From Candidatus Woesearchaeota archaeon (GTDB lineage: Archaea > Nanobdellota > Nanobdellia > Woesearchaeales > WJKL01), in assembly GCA_018221125.1 (NCBI GenBank), contig JAAOYC010000018.1, positions 1-40,511 on the forward strand: a DNA stretch of 40,511 nt, in the 5' to 3' direction. Each line of letters opens with the position of its first letter. The stretch's first letter is position 1. Positions 8,242-17,451 of this stretch are shown piece after piece. A model generated the notes under the pieces. The model was not told the origin of the DNA. It saw only the letters and a list, made by a program, of their open reading frames with translations, and searched no databases. Position numbers and translations under genes: made by a program.

Positions 8242-10854
8242 CTATTTAGCCTTTTCTTCCAACACAGCCTGAGCAGCTGCTAGTCTTGCAATCGGTACTC
8301 TGTATGGAGAGCAGGAAACATATGTCAATCCAACTCTGTGGCAGAATTTGACTGATTCTGGCTCACCACCATGCTCTCCGCAGATACCTAGCTTGATTTT
8401 AGGATTTACTTTCTTGCCTTTTTCAACTGCAATCTTGATTAGCTGTCCAACTCCTTCCTGATCTAATACCTGGAATGGGTCTTTTTCATAGATTCCAAGC
8501 TCAACATATTGAGTTAAGAATTTTCCTGCATCGTCTCTTGAAAAGCCACAACCCATTTGAGTCAGATCATTTGTTCCAAAGCTGAAGAATTCTGCATGTT
8601 CTGCAATCTCATCTGCTGTCAAAGCTCCTCTTGGAACTTCTATCATTGTTCCAATGTGATAAGGTTTGTCTTTTAGAATTTCTTTGCAGACTTTTTCAAC
8701 AATTTCTTTTTGATTTATGAATTCTTTTACATGTCCAACCAAAGGAATCATTATTTCTGGAACAGCATCTGTTTCTGCTGCTGCTTCGCAGATAGCTCTT
8801 GCCTGCATCTCAGTAATTTCAGGATAATAAATTCCTAGTCTGCATCCTCTATGTCCAAGCATTGGGTTGAACTCATGCAATTCTGAGATTTTTTCTTTTA
8901 GTTTTTCAACTGTAACTCCCATGTCTTTTGCTAATTCCTGAATATCATCTTCTTCCTGAGGAAGGAATTCGTGCAATGGAGGATCTAAAAGCCTGATTGT
9001 AACTGGCTTATCTTTCATCACTTTGAATAATCCTATGAAATCCTGTTTTTGGAATGGAAGAAGTTTATCCAGAGCTTTTTTTCTTCCTTCTAAGTCTTCT
9101 GACAGGATCATCTCTCTTACTGCCTTAATTCTTTCTCCTTCAAAGAACATGTGTTCTGTTCTGCAAAGACCTATACCTTCTGCTCCAAATTTTATTGCTG
9201 TTTCTGCATCTTTTGGAGTATCTGCATTTGTCCTTACTCCAAGTTTTCTTGTTTCATCAGCCCATTTGATTAGTGTTTCAAAGTCTTCAGATAATTCAGG
9301 TTCAACTACAGGGATTTTTCCATTGTATAGTTCTCCTGTTGAACCATCTAAAGTTATGAAGTCTCCTTCTTTGATTACTAAGTCTCCAACTTTGAACTGT
9401 CCTTCTTCGCTATCAACTGTTATATCTCCGCATCCTGCTACACAGCATTTTCCCATTCCTCTTGCAACAACTGCTGCGTGAGATGTCATTCCTCCTCTTG
9501 CTGTCAGGATTCCTTTTGCTGCATTCATCCCTTCAATGTCTTCTGGAGATGTTTCTTTTCTTACAAGAATGACTGCATGTCCTTCTGCTGCTGTGTCTCT
9601 TGCTTTGTCTGCTGTGAAAATAGCTTCTCCTACTGCAGCTCCTGGTGAAGCTGGCAAGCCTTTAGCCAAAACTTCTGCTTTTTCTTTTGCAGTTTGGTCA
9701 AGCTGAGGATGCAGTAATTGGTCTAGAACATTTGGGTCAACTCTTAGCAGTGCTTCTTCTTGTGTTATCAGTTTTTCATCAACCATCTCAACTGCAATTC
9801 TTACTGCAGCTCCTGCTGTCCTTTTTCCTGTTCTTGTCTGAAGCATGAAAAGCGTTCCTTCCTGGATTGTGAATTCCATGTCCTGCATATCTGTATAATG
9901 CTCTTCCAGCTTGTTTGATAATTCTATGAATTGCTTATAACAGTCTGGCATTACTTTTTCCAGTTCTTCGATTGGTCTTGGTGTTCTTATTCCTGCTACA
10001 ACATCTTCTCCCTGAGCATTCATCAAGAATTCTCCATAGATCTTGTTTTCTCCTGTTGATGGATTTCTTGAGAAAGCTACTCCTGTTCCAGAAGTCTCTC
10101 CCATATTTCCATATACCATTGTCTGGATATTAACTGCTGTTCCTAGAAGTCCTTTGATATCATTAAGTCTTCTGTATGTTATAGCTCTTGCGTTATTCCA
10201 GGAGCCGAACACAGCATCAATAGATTTCTGCAGTTGTTTTCTTGGTTCTTGCGGGAAATCTTCTCCTGCTTCCTGTTTTACAATCTTTTTGTATTCTTCA
10301 ACAAGTTTTTTCAAATCTTCTGCTGTCAAATCAGTATCATATTCAACTCCTTTTGTTGCTTTTGCATGCTCCAATGCTTTTTCGAATTTTGAATGAGAAA
10401 CTTCCATTACAACATCTCCAAACATCTGGATGAATCTTCTGTAAGAATCCCATGCAAATCTTTCATTGCCTGTTTTCTTTATTACTCCTTGAACAGAAAT
10501 ATCATTTAAGCCAAGATTAAGAACAGTATCCATCATACCAGGCATAGATACAGCTGCCCCAGATCTTACTGAAACCAGTAACGGGTCAACTGGATCTCCT
10601 AATTTTTTACCCATTGCTTTTTCCAGCCTAACAAGATTTTCATCAATCTGTTTTATGACTTTGTCTGGATGTGCTTTGTTGTTTTTATAGTATAGATCAC
10701 ATGTTTCTGTTGTGATTGTGAATCCTGGTGGAACTGGAACTCCTAATCCAGCCATTTCAGCCAAGTTTGCTCCTTTTCCTCCTAGAAGTTCTTTCATCTC
10801 TTTTTTTCCTTCTGACTGGTCTGCGCCAAAGAAGTATACATATTTTTCACTCAT
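8242..10854 (-). CDS. ppdK: pyruvate, phosphate dikinase
   Basis: 870 aa. N-terminal [13 protein letters not shown]-grasp region, phosphohistidine region [13 protein letters not shown], and PEP-utilising C-terminus CGEHGG. Confidence 0.95.
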   Translation of the reverse strand: MSEKYVYFFGADQSEGKKEMKELLGGKGANLAEMAGLGVPVPPGFTITTETCDLYYKNNKAHPDKVIKQIDENLVRLEKAMGKKLGDPVDPLLVSVRSGAAVSMPGMMDTVLNLGLNDISVQGVIKKTGNERFAWDSYRRFIQMFGDVVMEVSHSKFEKALEHAKATKGVEYDTDLTAEDLKKLVEEYKKIVKQEAGEDFPQEPRKQLQKSIDAVFGSWNNARAITYRRLNDIKGLLGTAVNIQTMVYGNMGETSGTGVAFSRNPSTGENKIYGEFLMNAQGEDVVAGIRTPRPIEELEKVMPDCYKQFIELSNKLEEHYTDMQDMEFTIQEGTLFMLQTRTGKRTAGAAVRIAVEMVDEKLITQEEALLRVDPNVLDQLLHPQLDQTAKEKAEVLAKGLPASPGAAVGEAIFTADKARDTAAEGHAVILVRKETSPEDIEGMNAAKGILTARGGMTSHAAVVARGMGKCCVAGCGDITVDSEEGQFKVGDLVIKEGDFITLDGSTGELYNGKIPVVEPELSEDFETLIKWADETRKLGVRTNADTPKDAETAIKFGAEGIGLCRTEHMFFEGERIKAVREMILSEDLEGRKKALDKLLPFQKQDFIGLFKVMKDKPVTIRLLDPPLHEFLPQEEDDIQELAKDMGVTVEKLKEKISELHEFNPMLGHRGCRLGIYYPEITEMQARAICEAAAETDAVPEIMIPLVGHVKEFINQKEIVEKVCKEILKDKPYHIGTMIEVPRGALTADEIAEHAEFFSFGTNDLTQMGCGFSRDDAGKFLTQYVELGIYEKDPFQVLDQEGVGQLIKIAVEKGKKVNPKIKLGICGEHGGEPESVKFCHRVGLTYVSCSPYRVPIARLAAAQAVLEEKAK

Positions 10855-11022
10855 TTTAATTTCCCCCTGTATAATTTTTATAATTATTATATTAAGAAGT
10901 GATTTGAGTTAATTTAAAAATGTTTTGGTGGAATTTTTGTTAAGTTTTTACTAATTTAAATTAATTACCAATAAGTAGTAAAAATAGAAAGATTTATAAA
11001 GTAGTAATACTTTAATATTTCT

Positions 11023-11859
11023 ATGATAAGAGGCGCTATTTTAGGTGGTTTGACTGCACTAGTTATTGCTTTATCTAGTGGAAATGCTGCTGCAGAGGAA
11101 GCAAAGCCTCCTGAGCCTGAGAAAGTTGTTAAAACTGAAGAAAAACCAGAACAAAAAAGAGATTATTCTAATATTGAAGTTAAACTTGATGCCAATAATC
11201 CAGAAGATTTTGAGCTTTTATTGAAAGGAGGATATTTGAATCAAGATTTTGATGAATTCTACTCTTTATTTGAGAAAAAAGCAGGCAAGGAAGCAGGAGA
11301 CATAACAAGGAAACTGTTTGCTGTGACAGGACAAGAGAGAATAAAACTATATGAGCAATATAAAGCTCTTTTCTTTAAATATGATTTAATGCCTGAATTT
11401 CAAAAAGCATGGAAAAATTACCTAGATTTTAAAGGGAAGGAAAGAGGTAAAATAGATCATTCAGATAATGTATTGCCATTTGATGAAATTGTTGATATGG
11501 ACATGTGGAATTTTATTGAAAAGCAAGATTCATTGGTTTTTGTTTATCTTGGTCCGAAGCTGGAGAAAAAAGGAATTAGAGATGCTTTTCACAAACTTGC
11601 TAGTCAGGATAAAAAATCAAACAATCTATATATGGAATTATTATTACTACCCGATACTACAAAAGAGTTTCTAAAAACTATACAGGACATAACATTACTG
11701 ACAGAACAAAAAGTAATTTCTCACTTTGTTGCAGGAGGTCCTAATCTCCTTGTGATTAAAGGCAAAAAGTTGCAGGAATGTTTGCCTGTGAAAGAAGCAT
11801 CTTCTATAATTGGTATAGTTGAAGCTTATAACGGAAAAAAACCAGAAGATGAATTCTGA
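11023..11859 (+). CDS. secreted or membrane-anchored hypothetical protein
   Basis: N-terminal hydrophobic segment GGLTALVIALSSGNAAA followed by a charged linker. Confidence 0.55.
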   Translation: MIRGAILGGLTALVIALSSGNAAAEEAKPPEPEKVVKTEEKPEQKRDYSNIEVKLDANNPEDFELLLKGGYLNQDFDEFYSLFEKKAGKEAGDITRKLFAVTGQERIKLYEQYKALFFKYDLMPEFQKAWKNYLDFKGKERGKIDHSDNVLPFDEIVDMDMWNFIEKQDSLVFVYLGPKLEKKGIRDAFHKLASQDKKSNNLYMELLLLPDTTKEFLKTIQDITLLTEQKVISHFVAGGPNLLVIKGKKLQECLPVKEASSIIGIVEAYNGKKPEDEF

Positions 11860-11975
11860 TTTTAATCTGATTAAATTTCATGATTGATAGTTACCAAAAT
11901 ATCTAGCTAAATAAGGAAAAATATATATACTAAAAGTATCAATTCTCTCTTAATAGTTAATATTAATTATATGGG

Positions 11976-12449
11976 GTGTTTGAATTGAAAAAAATAATCT
12001 TAGGAGTTCTGGTATTAGTGATTTTGTTATTAGGAGCAGGGATGGTGTCTGCTGAGTGTTGTTGCTTTTGTCAGGGTGCTAATGTATATAAACTGGCTGC
12101 AGATTGCGAATACGCCACTTGTAATGCTGTATGCAGTTCATCGATAGTTGTGGCAAAAACTTATGAGGCTTGTAGTGCAGTAACAGTAACAGACTGTGGT
12201 ACTGAATGTACAGGATCTGGTACTTCATCTAACTGTTGTACTAAGGATGAGTACGACGATTGCAGTTTTGCGTTTTGGAAGAGTGGCACAGGGGAGTGTA
12301 AGGGTGACCCCTCCTGTACTTGTCAAGAGGATACATGGGGTAGTCCAGTTCCAGAATTTTCAACAGTAGGAATATTAATTGCAGCTTTGGTTATAGCAGG
12401 AGTAGTATTCTTAATAATTAAGAAAAAGAAGGAAAAACAAAAGAAATAA
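11976..12449 (+). CDS. Cys-rich secreted protein with a PEF-CTERM-like sorting signal
   Basis: Signal peptide KKIILGVLVLVILLLGAGMVSA, about 20 Cys in the ectodomain, and C-terminal PEF + hydrophobic helix + KKKKEKQKK. The track start is GTG at 11976. TTG at 11985, 6 nt after GGGGTG, is an alternative. Confidence 0.7.
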   Translation: MFELKKIILGVLVLVILLLGAGMVSAECCCFCQGANVYKLAADCEYATCNAVCSSSIVVAKTYEACSAVTVTDCGTECTGSGTSSNCCTKDEYDDCSFAFWKSGTGECKGDPSCTCQEDTWGSPVPEFSTVGILIAALVIAGVVFLIIKKKKEKQKK

Positions 12450-12470
12450 ATTATTTCTTTTTTTATTTTT

Positions 12471-13988
12471 TTATATTGGTTTGAAAATTACTAGGTAACA
12501 AAACAGCATTGTAAGGCTTGATAAATAGGCTGTAAATACAATCCATTCTTTGTAATCTCTTTTATTTATTAGATAAAATTGTATTATCCCAAGAACAAAC
12601 AAAGGAATTAACATATATGATTCTTTAACAATAAAATAAACTGAAAGATATGTTAATATAAAAAATAATCCAATAATAAATTTAGATTTTTTAAGTCCTA
12701 GAATAACTGGAAGTGTTTTAATGCCTTCTTTTTTATCTCCTTCATAATCTTTTATATCGATGAAATTAATGACAGCTGTGAAGCCTATTAGAAAGATAGC
12801 GATTATTAATTTTGGAAATTCTTGAATTGAACCAGTTATTATTATAAATCCTAACATAATTAAAATAAGCGAATTAAGAGAGATAAAAAGCTTTGAAAAG
12901 AAAGGAATACGTTTTAATCTAAATGGAGGCATAGAATATAGGAAATAGTTTCCAATGAATAATAATATGATGAAAAATGCTTTAAAATTAACCATTGCTG
13001 CATAAAAAAGGGCAATAAATAAAAAGAACCATGATAGTTTAGTATATGTTTGGATATCTATCCTAGATTTTATTAATGGCCTTTGTTTATTTGAAATTTT
13101 ATCAATTTCATAGTCTTCAATATTATTAGTCATTACTGAATAAATCCATGCAAAAACTATGCTGATTGGAATGAATATAAAATAAAATATGTTTTCGTTA
13201 GTTAGACTAAATACATTATATTTTAGTCCTAAAATTATTCCTAAAATAAACATTAGTTCATAGTGTATTAATCTGAAAAATCTTATATCTTTAATAATAA
13301 TTTGGAAAAAAGCTTCATTTTTTAAGTATGCTATACCAATTCCTGTTAAAAAAATAATTGTAAGAAGGAAATTTATCATAATTAAATCAAAAACACTATT
13401 TGCGCCACTGAAAAACATCTTTGCTACAAAAAGAGGGGTTGCAAGAGAAATAAAGATTAATGTATAAACAAGCAGAGTATTTATGAGGCTTTTTAAAAAA
13501 TTTGAATTTTTAATATAGAAATAAATAAAACTAATGCATAAGACTATTGCAATTTCTATCCTCATTCCATGAGTCACACCAGATTCTTTAAAATTTCCAA
13601 AAAAAGTAAAAAATTTAAAAATTAAATTATGCCAAGTTTGTGTATTTGTATAAGCTATATCATATCCTCTTCCTTTGCTTAATATTAAATCTAGTAATGG
13701 TGCTAAATTTATTATAATAAATGAAGGCAAGATTACTTTAGCTATTTTTATTATATCTATATTTGTTATTAAATAGAATAATAATATCAAAGACATTGCT
13801 AAAGCAATCCAGTAAGAGTAGTAATGCAAATATGGTATGTATGATATGCCACTATCAGGGTCTGAAAACAGTTCTAGAAAAGTCCTTAAAGTAATTGCAA
13901 ACAAAAAAGTTAAAATAAAATAAATAAAAGGAGCTTTTGAGTTTTCTAAATTTGAGATTATTTTTTTTGGTATGTTTAATATTTTCAT
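12471..13988 (-). CDS. UbiA-family prenyltransferase with a ~220-270-aa polytopic N-terminal extension
   Basis: The Asp-rich motifs NNIEDYEIDKISNKQRPL and DIKDYEGDKKEGIKTLPV lie only in the C-terminal half. The N-terminal half is multi-TM with no recognised motif. Confidence 0.75.
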   Translation of the reverse strand: MKILNIPKKIISNLENSKAPFIYFILTFLFAITLRTFLELFSDPDSGISYIPYLHYYSYWIALAMSLILLFYLITNIDIIKIAKVILPSFIIINLAPLLDLILSKGRGYDIAYTNTQTWHNLIFKFFTFFGNFKESGVTHGMRIEIAIVLCISFIYFYIKNSNFLKSLINTLLVYTLIFISLATPLFVAKMFFSGANSVFDLIMINFLLTIIFLTGIGIAYLKNEAFFQIIIKDIRFFRLIHYELMFILGIILGLKYNVFSLTNENIFYFIFIPISIVFAWIYSVMTNNIEDYEIDKISNKQRPLIKSRIDIQTYTKLSWFFLFIALFYAAMVNFKAFFIILLFIGNYFLYSMPPFRLKRIPFFSKLFISLNSLILIMLGFIIITGSIQEFPKLIIAIFLIGFTAVINFIDIKDYEGDKKEGIKTLPVILGLKKSKFIIGLFFILTYLSVYFIVKESYMLIPLFVLGIIQFYLINKRDYKEWIVFTAYLSSLTMLFCYLVIFKPI

Positions 13989-13997
13989 TATAAATCC

Positions 13998-15407
13998 CTA
14001 TTTAACTAATTTATTCAGGATAGTCATTACTTTTTTGCCATCAACTTTGCCTTGGAATTTTTTCATGATAATGCCCATGTAGGCTCCTGGAGAAAGGCCT
14101 GGCTTCTGTTTTACTATCTTTTTGACTTCTTCTTCTAATTCTGCGTCAGTTGCTCCTACATATCTGTCCATTGATTCAAATTTGTTTGAGGCATAATCCA
14201 TTAGGATGTTGATTACAATATTTTTTGGTATTTTCTCCTGGTCTAAAGCAGAAAGAACTTCCTGGAATTGAGATTCTGTTATTTTATCTGCATCAATATT
14301 GTATTTTCTTTTGATTTCTCTTAAAGTAGGAACCAATGTTTCTGCAATAAATGCAGGTTTTATATTTTTGAATTCCTTGATGAATCTCTCAAACATCTCG
14401 ACTTTATCTGATTTTGCAATCAGTTTTGCTAAATCTTGAGATATTCCTTGCTTGATGTATTTTTTTACTTTGTCTTCAATTAATTCTGGAAGTTTTATTT
14501 TGGAAGCATCTACTTTTAATGGAACAACATCTGTTTCTGGATACATTCTCGCTGCTCCTGGCATTGGCCTTAGATAAGATGTAGTGTTATCTGGCTCAAC
14601 TTTTCTTACATGAGCAGGCTCTTTTTCTTTTAATGAAATCTGTCTTCCGACTTCCTTGTCAATTACAGCAGGCATTGATTTTAATTCTTGGAATCCTTTT
14701 ATTTCAACCCTGTTTTTTCCTTTAATTGAGACATTGACATCTTGTCTTATTGTTCCTATTCCACGCTTGACTTTTCCAGTGCTTCTTAGAATCATTCCAA
14801 TCTTTTCAGCTGTTTCTTTTGCATGCTCTGCATCTTTGATATCTGGTTCTGTTGCAATTTCTATTAACGGGATTCCTAATCTGTCAAGCCTGTATTTTAC
14901 AGACTCATCTTTTACTTCTATTTTCTGCGCTGCTTCTTCTTCTAAACAGATAGTTGGAATTTTTACTGGACCTTGATTTGTTTCAACAACACCATCATAA
15001 GCAACTAATGCTGTTCTTTGGAAGCCTGAAACATTAGAACCATCAATGACTGTTTTTCTCATCACTTGAATCTCATCGACAATCTTTGCTTTCAGGAGCA
15101 GAGCAACCTGCAAAGCAACCTGAACAGCTTCTGGATTTATTGAGTGTGGAGGCTCTTCATCCATCTCAACCAAGCAAGTGTCTTTTGAATCAGCTTCATA
15201 GATAAATTTCTTGGATTTCTCCATTTCATACTTTGCAGCAATATCAATCTCTCCTGTCTCTCCTGCAACTGCTCTTAATCTCCTGTTGAAATGAATATCA
15301 GACTTTTCGCTAGAATTAGTTGTAAGACATTCACAGAATAGCTTTTTACCTTTTAATTGCTGATGAATTTCTAAGCCGCATTTGAATCCTAATTTGTGAT
15401 AATCCAT
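13998..15407 (-). CDS. gatE: Glu-tRNA(Gln) amidotransferase subunit E, unusually short
   Basis: GatE-type N-terminus LGFKCGLEIHQQL..KLFCEC, RPMPGAARMYPETD, and a YqeY-like tail. The MDYHKLG start at 15407 lies 1 nt after the gatD stop. The track start at 15458 would overlap gatD. Confidence 0.85.
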   Translation of the reverse strand: MDYHKLGFKCGLEIHQQLKGKKLFCECLTTNSSEKSDIHFNRRLRAVAGETGEIDIAAKYEMEKSKKFIYEADSKDTCLVEMDEEPPHSINPEAVQVALQVALLLKAKIVDEIQVMRKTVIDGSNVSGFQRTALVAYDGVVETNQGPVKIPTICLEEEAAQKIEVKDESVKYRLDRLGIPLIEIATEPDIKDAEHAKETAEKIGMILRSTGKVKRGIGTIRQDVNVSIKGKNRVEIKGFQELKSMPAVIDKEVGRQISLKEKEPAHVRKVEPDNTTSYLRPMPGAARMYPETDVVPLKVDASKIKLPELIEDKVKKYIKQGISQDLAKLIAKSDKVEMFERFIKEFKNIKPAFIAETLVPTLREIKRKYNIDADKITESQFQEVLSALDQEKIPKNIVINILMDYASNKFESMDRYVGATDAELEEEVKKIVKQKPGLSPGAYMGIIMKKFQGKVDGKKVMTILNKLVK

Positions 15408-15408
15408 T

Positions 15409-16665
15409 TTAATACAAAAATTCTTCATCCAAACTTCTATCAGTGATTTCTCCTGCAATATTAGAAAGCATCAGTTCTTTTACTTTGTCTTTGTTTTTTG
15501 TTTTCCCTAAAATATAGCCTAGTTTTACATAAGCTGTTTCTGGAAGCATGTCTTCAACAAAGATGCAGCCTAATCTTATTGATAATTGTCTCAAGTTTGT
15601 ATAAACTAATGGATGCACACGGCCATAGATTGTTTCAGGAGCAATTACAACAGGAATATCCAATTTTTCAATTTTCTTGAATAATCTTTGAGGCAAGTTG
15701 CCTAAACCAGTTCCAGTTAAAACAATTCCTTTGTATCCATCTAAAGATTCTGATTTTATTCCTGGATAAGTATAGATTAAACCAATGTTTTCTTCGAAAT
15801 TAGTTTCTGCTTTAACTTTTCCTTTTTCTGACCTCTTTTTGTAATTTTTGTTTATAATTTCAATGTCTGTATTTTCAAAGATTTTTGCAATTGGTAAATC
15901 ATTTATTGGCCTAAAAGCATCTCTTCTAGAAGTATGCATTTTTCTTACTTTTGTTCCTCTTATCAGCAAGCAATAATCATCATCTGTTGTTGCATGCATG
16001 CAGGTCATTACTTCTGCTGCATCAAATTTAGCAGCTGCTGTAATTGCACAGACAAGATTCATGAATGCATCACTGCTTCCTCTATCGATAGAACGCTGGG
16101 CTGCTGTAAAAATAACAGGTTTATTAAGATCTTTTAGCATAAATGAGACTGCTGCTGTTGAATAATGCAAAGTGTCTGTTCCCTGTGTAACAACAACTCC
16201 ATCTGCTCCGCTGTTAAGTTCTTTTTCAACTTCTTTTGCTATTGCTTGCCATTCTTTTGCAGCCATGTCTTCTGACATTATGGACATTATTTTTTTTGCT
16301 TTGAGATTAGCAATAGAAGCAAGTTCTGGCATCATTGCTACAAAGTCTTCTGCAGTGTAATCAGCATAGACTCCGCCTGTCTTATAATCAATTTTTGAGG
16401 ATATTGTTCCCCCTGTAGAAAGTATTGTGATGTTAGGAAGATGAGGTTTTGGCTTGAGTGCAGCTTTTTCAGGTTTTTTTGGCTTGTATGGTTCGAGCAA
16501 ATCAATTTTCTTTATTTTTTTATTGTCAATTCCAATATTGTAGCCATTATCCAGCTTGACAACAGTAACATCTTTATCCAGAATTTCAGGACGCGGCATT
16601 AACACTCCTATGAATTCTTCTTTTTCTGTTAATACTCTTACTTTGTCTCCTGCTTTTGGTTGCAT
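15409..16665 (-). CDS. gatD: Glu-tRNA(Gln) amidotransferase subunit D (asparaginase-like)
   Basis: ILSTGGTISS asparaginase motif and HGTDT-like VVTQGTDTL. I prefer ATG at 16665, 1 nt after the NIF3 stop. The track start at 16689 is an alternative. Confidence 0.9.
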   Translation of the reverse strand: MQPKAGDKVRVLTEKEEFIGVLMPRPEILDKDVTVVKLDNGYNIGIDNKKIKKIDLLEPYKPKKPEKAALKPKPHLPNITILSTGGTISSKIDYKTGGVYADYTAEDFVAMMPELASIANLKAKKIMSIMSEDMAAKEWQAIAKEVEKELNSGADGVVVTQGTDTLHYSTAAVSFMLKDLNKPVIFTAAQRSIDRGSSDAFMNLVCAITAAAKFDAAEVMTCMHATTDDDYCLLIRGTKVRKMHTSRRDAFRPINDLPIAKIFENTDIEIINKNYKKRSEKGKVKAETNFEENIGLIYTYPGIKSESLDGYKGIVLTGTGLGNLPQRLFKKIEKLDIPVVIAPETIYGRVHPLVYTNLRQLSIRLGCIFVEDMLPETAYVKLGYILGKTKNKDKVKELMLSNIAGEITDRSLDEEFLY

Positions 16666-16666
16666 T

Positions 16667-17419
16667 TTATAGTCCTGTTGGATTATCAATAAATCTAGTC
16701 TGTATATTAAATTTTTCCTTTATTAAAGGCATTAGGGCTTTTACACCAACTGTTTCTGTTGCATAATGACCTGCTTCTATTACATTTATCTTATAATCTT
16801 TTGTACGATTAACTGAATTGTGGTCTGTTTCACCAACAATAAATAAATCTACTCCTTTTTTTACAGCTTCTTCTAGTAAATCAATTCCATAACCTGAACA
16901 AATAGCAATCTTTTTAATTTTATTTTTACCAAATGGATAAATATTTGTTTTTGTTTTTAATGTTTTGTTCAAAACGTTAGCAATGACTCTTATTGATTTT
17001 GCTTTTTGAAATTCTCCTTGGAAACCTATTGTAGTTTTATGATACTTTCCAAACCTTTTTACTTTTTGTAGATTTAGTATTTCACAAAGCTTTATGTTAT
17101 TACCGTATCTTTTATGCGCATCTAAGGGAAGATGACAACCATATAATGCTATCTTGTTTTTCTTAAGAAAGTTTTCTCTTTTTTTTGTTATTTCTTTGTA
17201 TTTTTGACCTTTCCATTTAAGACCATGATGGACAATTAATAAATCAACTTTTGCTTTTTTTGCTTTCTCAAATGTTGATAAACAAGCGTCTACAGCAAAA
17301 CCTATTTTTTTGATGTCTTTGTTTGTTTTAACCTGCAATCCGTTTCTAGATGAATCCAGTATTTTTCTGACATTGAGTTCCTTATTTAGAAATCTGACTA
17401 TGCTGTTAAGCTTTACCAT
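16667..17419 (-). CDS. NIF3-family dinuclear-metal protein
   Basis: LLIVHHGL.W motif, GLQV, and a C-terminal GHYATE-type motif (AGHYATETVG). Confidence 0.85.
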   Translation of the reverse strand: MVKLNSIVRFLNKELNVRKILDSSRNGLQVKTNKDIKKIGFAVDACLSTFEKAKKAKVDLLIVHHGLKWKGQKYKEITKKRENFLKKNKIALYGCHLPLDAHKRYGNNIKLCEILNLQKVKRFGKYHKTTIGFQGEFQKAKSIRVIANVLNKTLKTKTNIYPFGKNKIKKIAICSGYGIDLLEEAVKKGVDLFIVGETDHNSVNRTKDYKINVIEAGHYATETVGVKALMPLIKEKFNIQTRFIDNPTGL

Positions 17420-17451
17420 ATTAGGATAAGAGAAATGAAGTATATATAAAA

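Noticed and set aside
9023-10912. Plus-strand ORFs 9023..9481, 10043..10396, 10242..10433 and 10712..10912
   Set aside because: They are antisense to ppdK, whose identity is unambiguous. They have no start context and no motifs.
13180-13988. The N-terminal membrane half of the UbiA fusion as the missing archaeosortase for the neighbouring PEF-CTERM protein
   Set aside because: I could not find the Cys-containing active-site pattern (a small residue, then C-S/T-G) or the Arg/His arrangement I associate with exosortase and archaeosortase. The only Cys is in LCISF. It stays a question in the finding, not a call.
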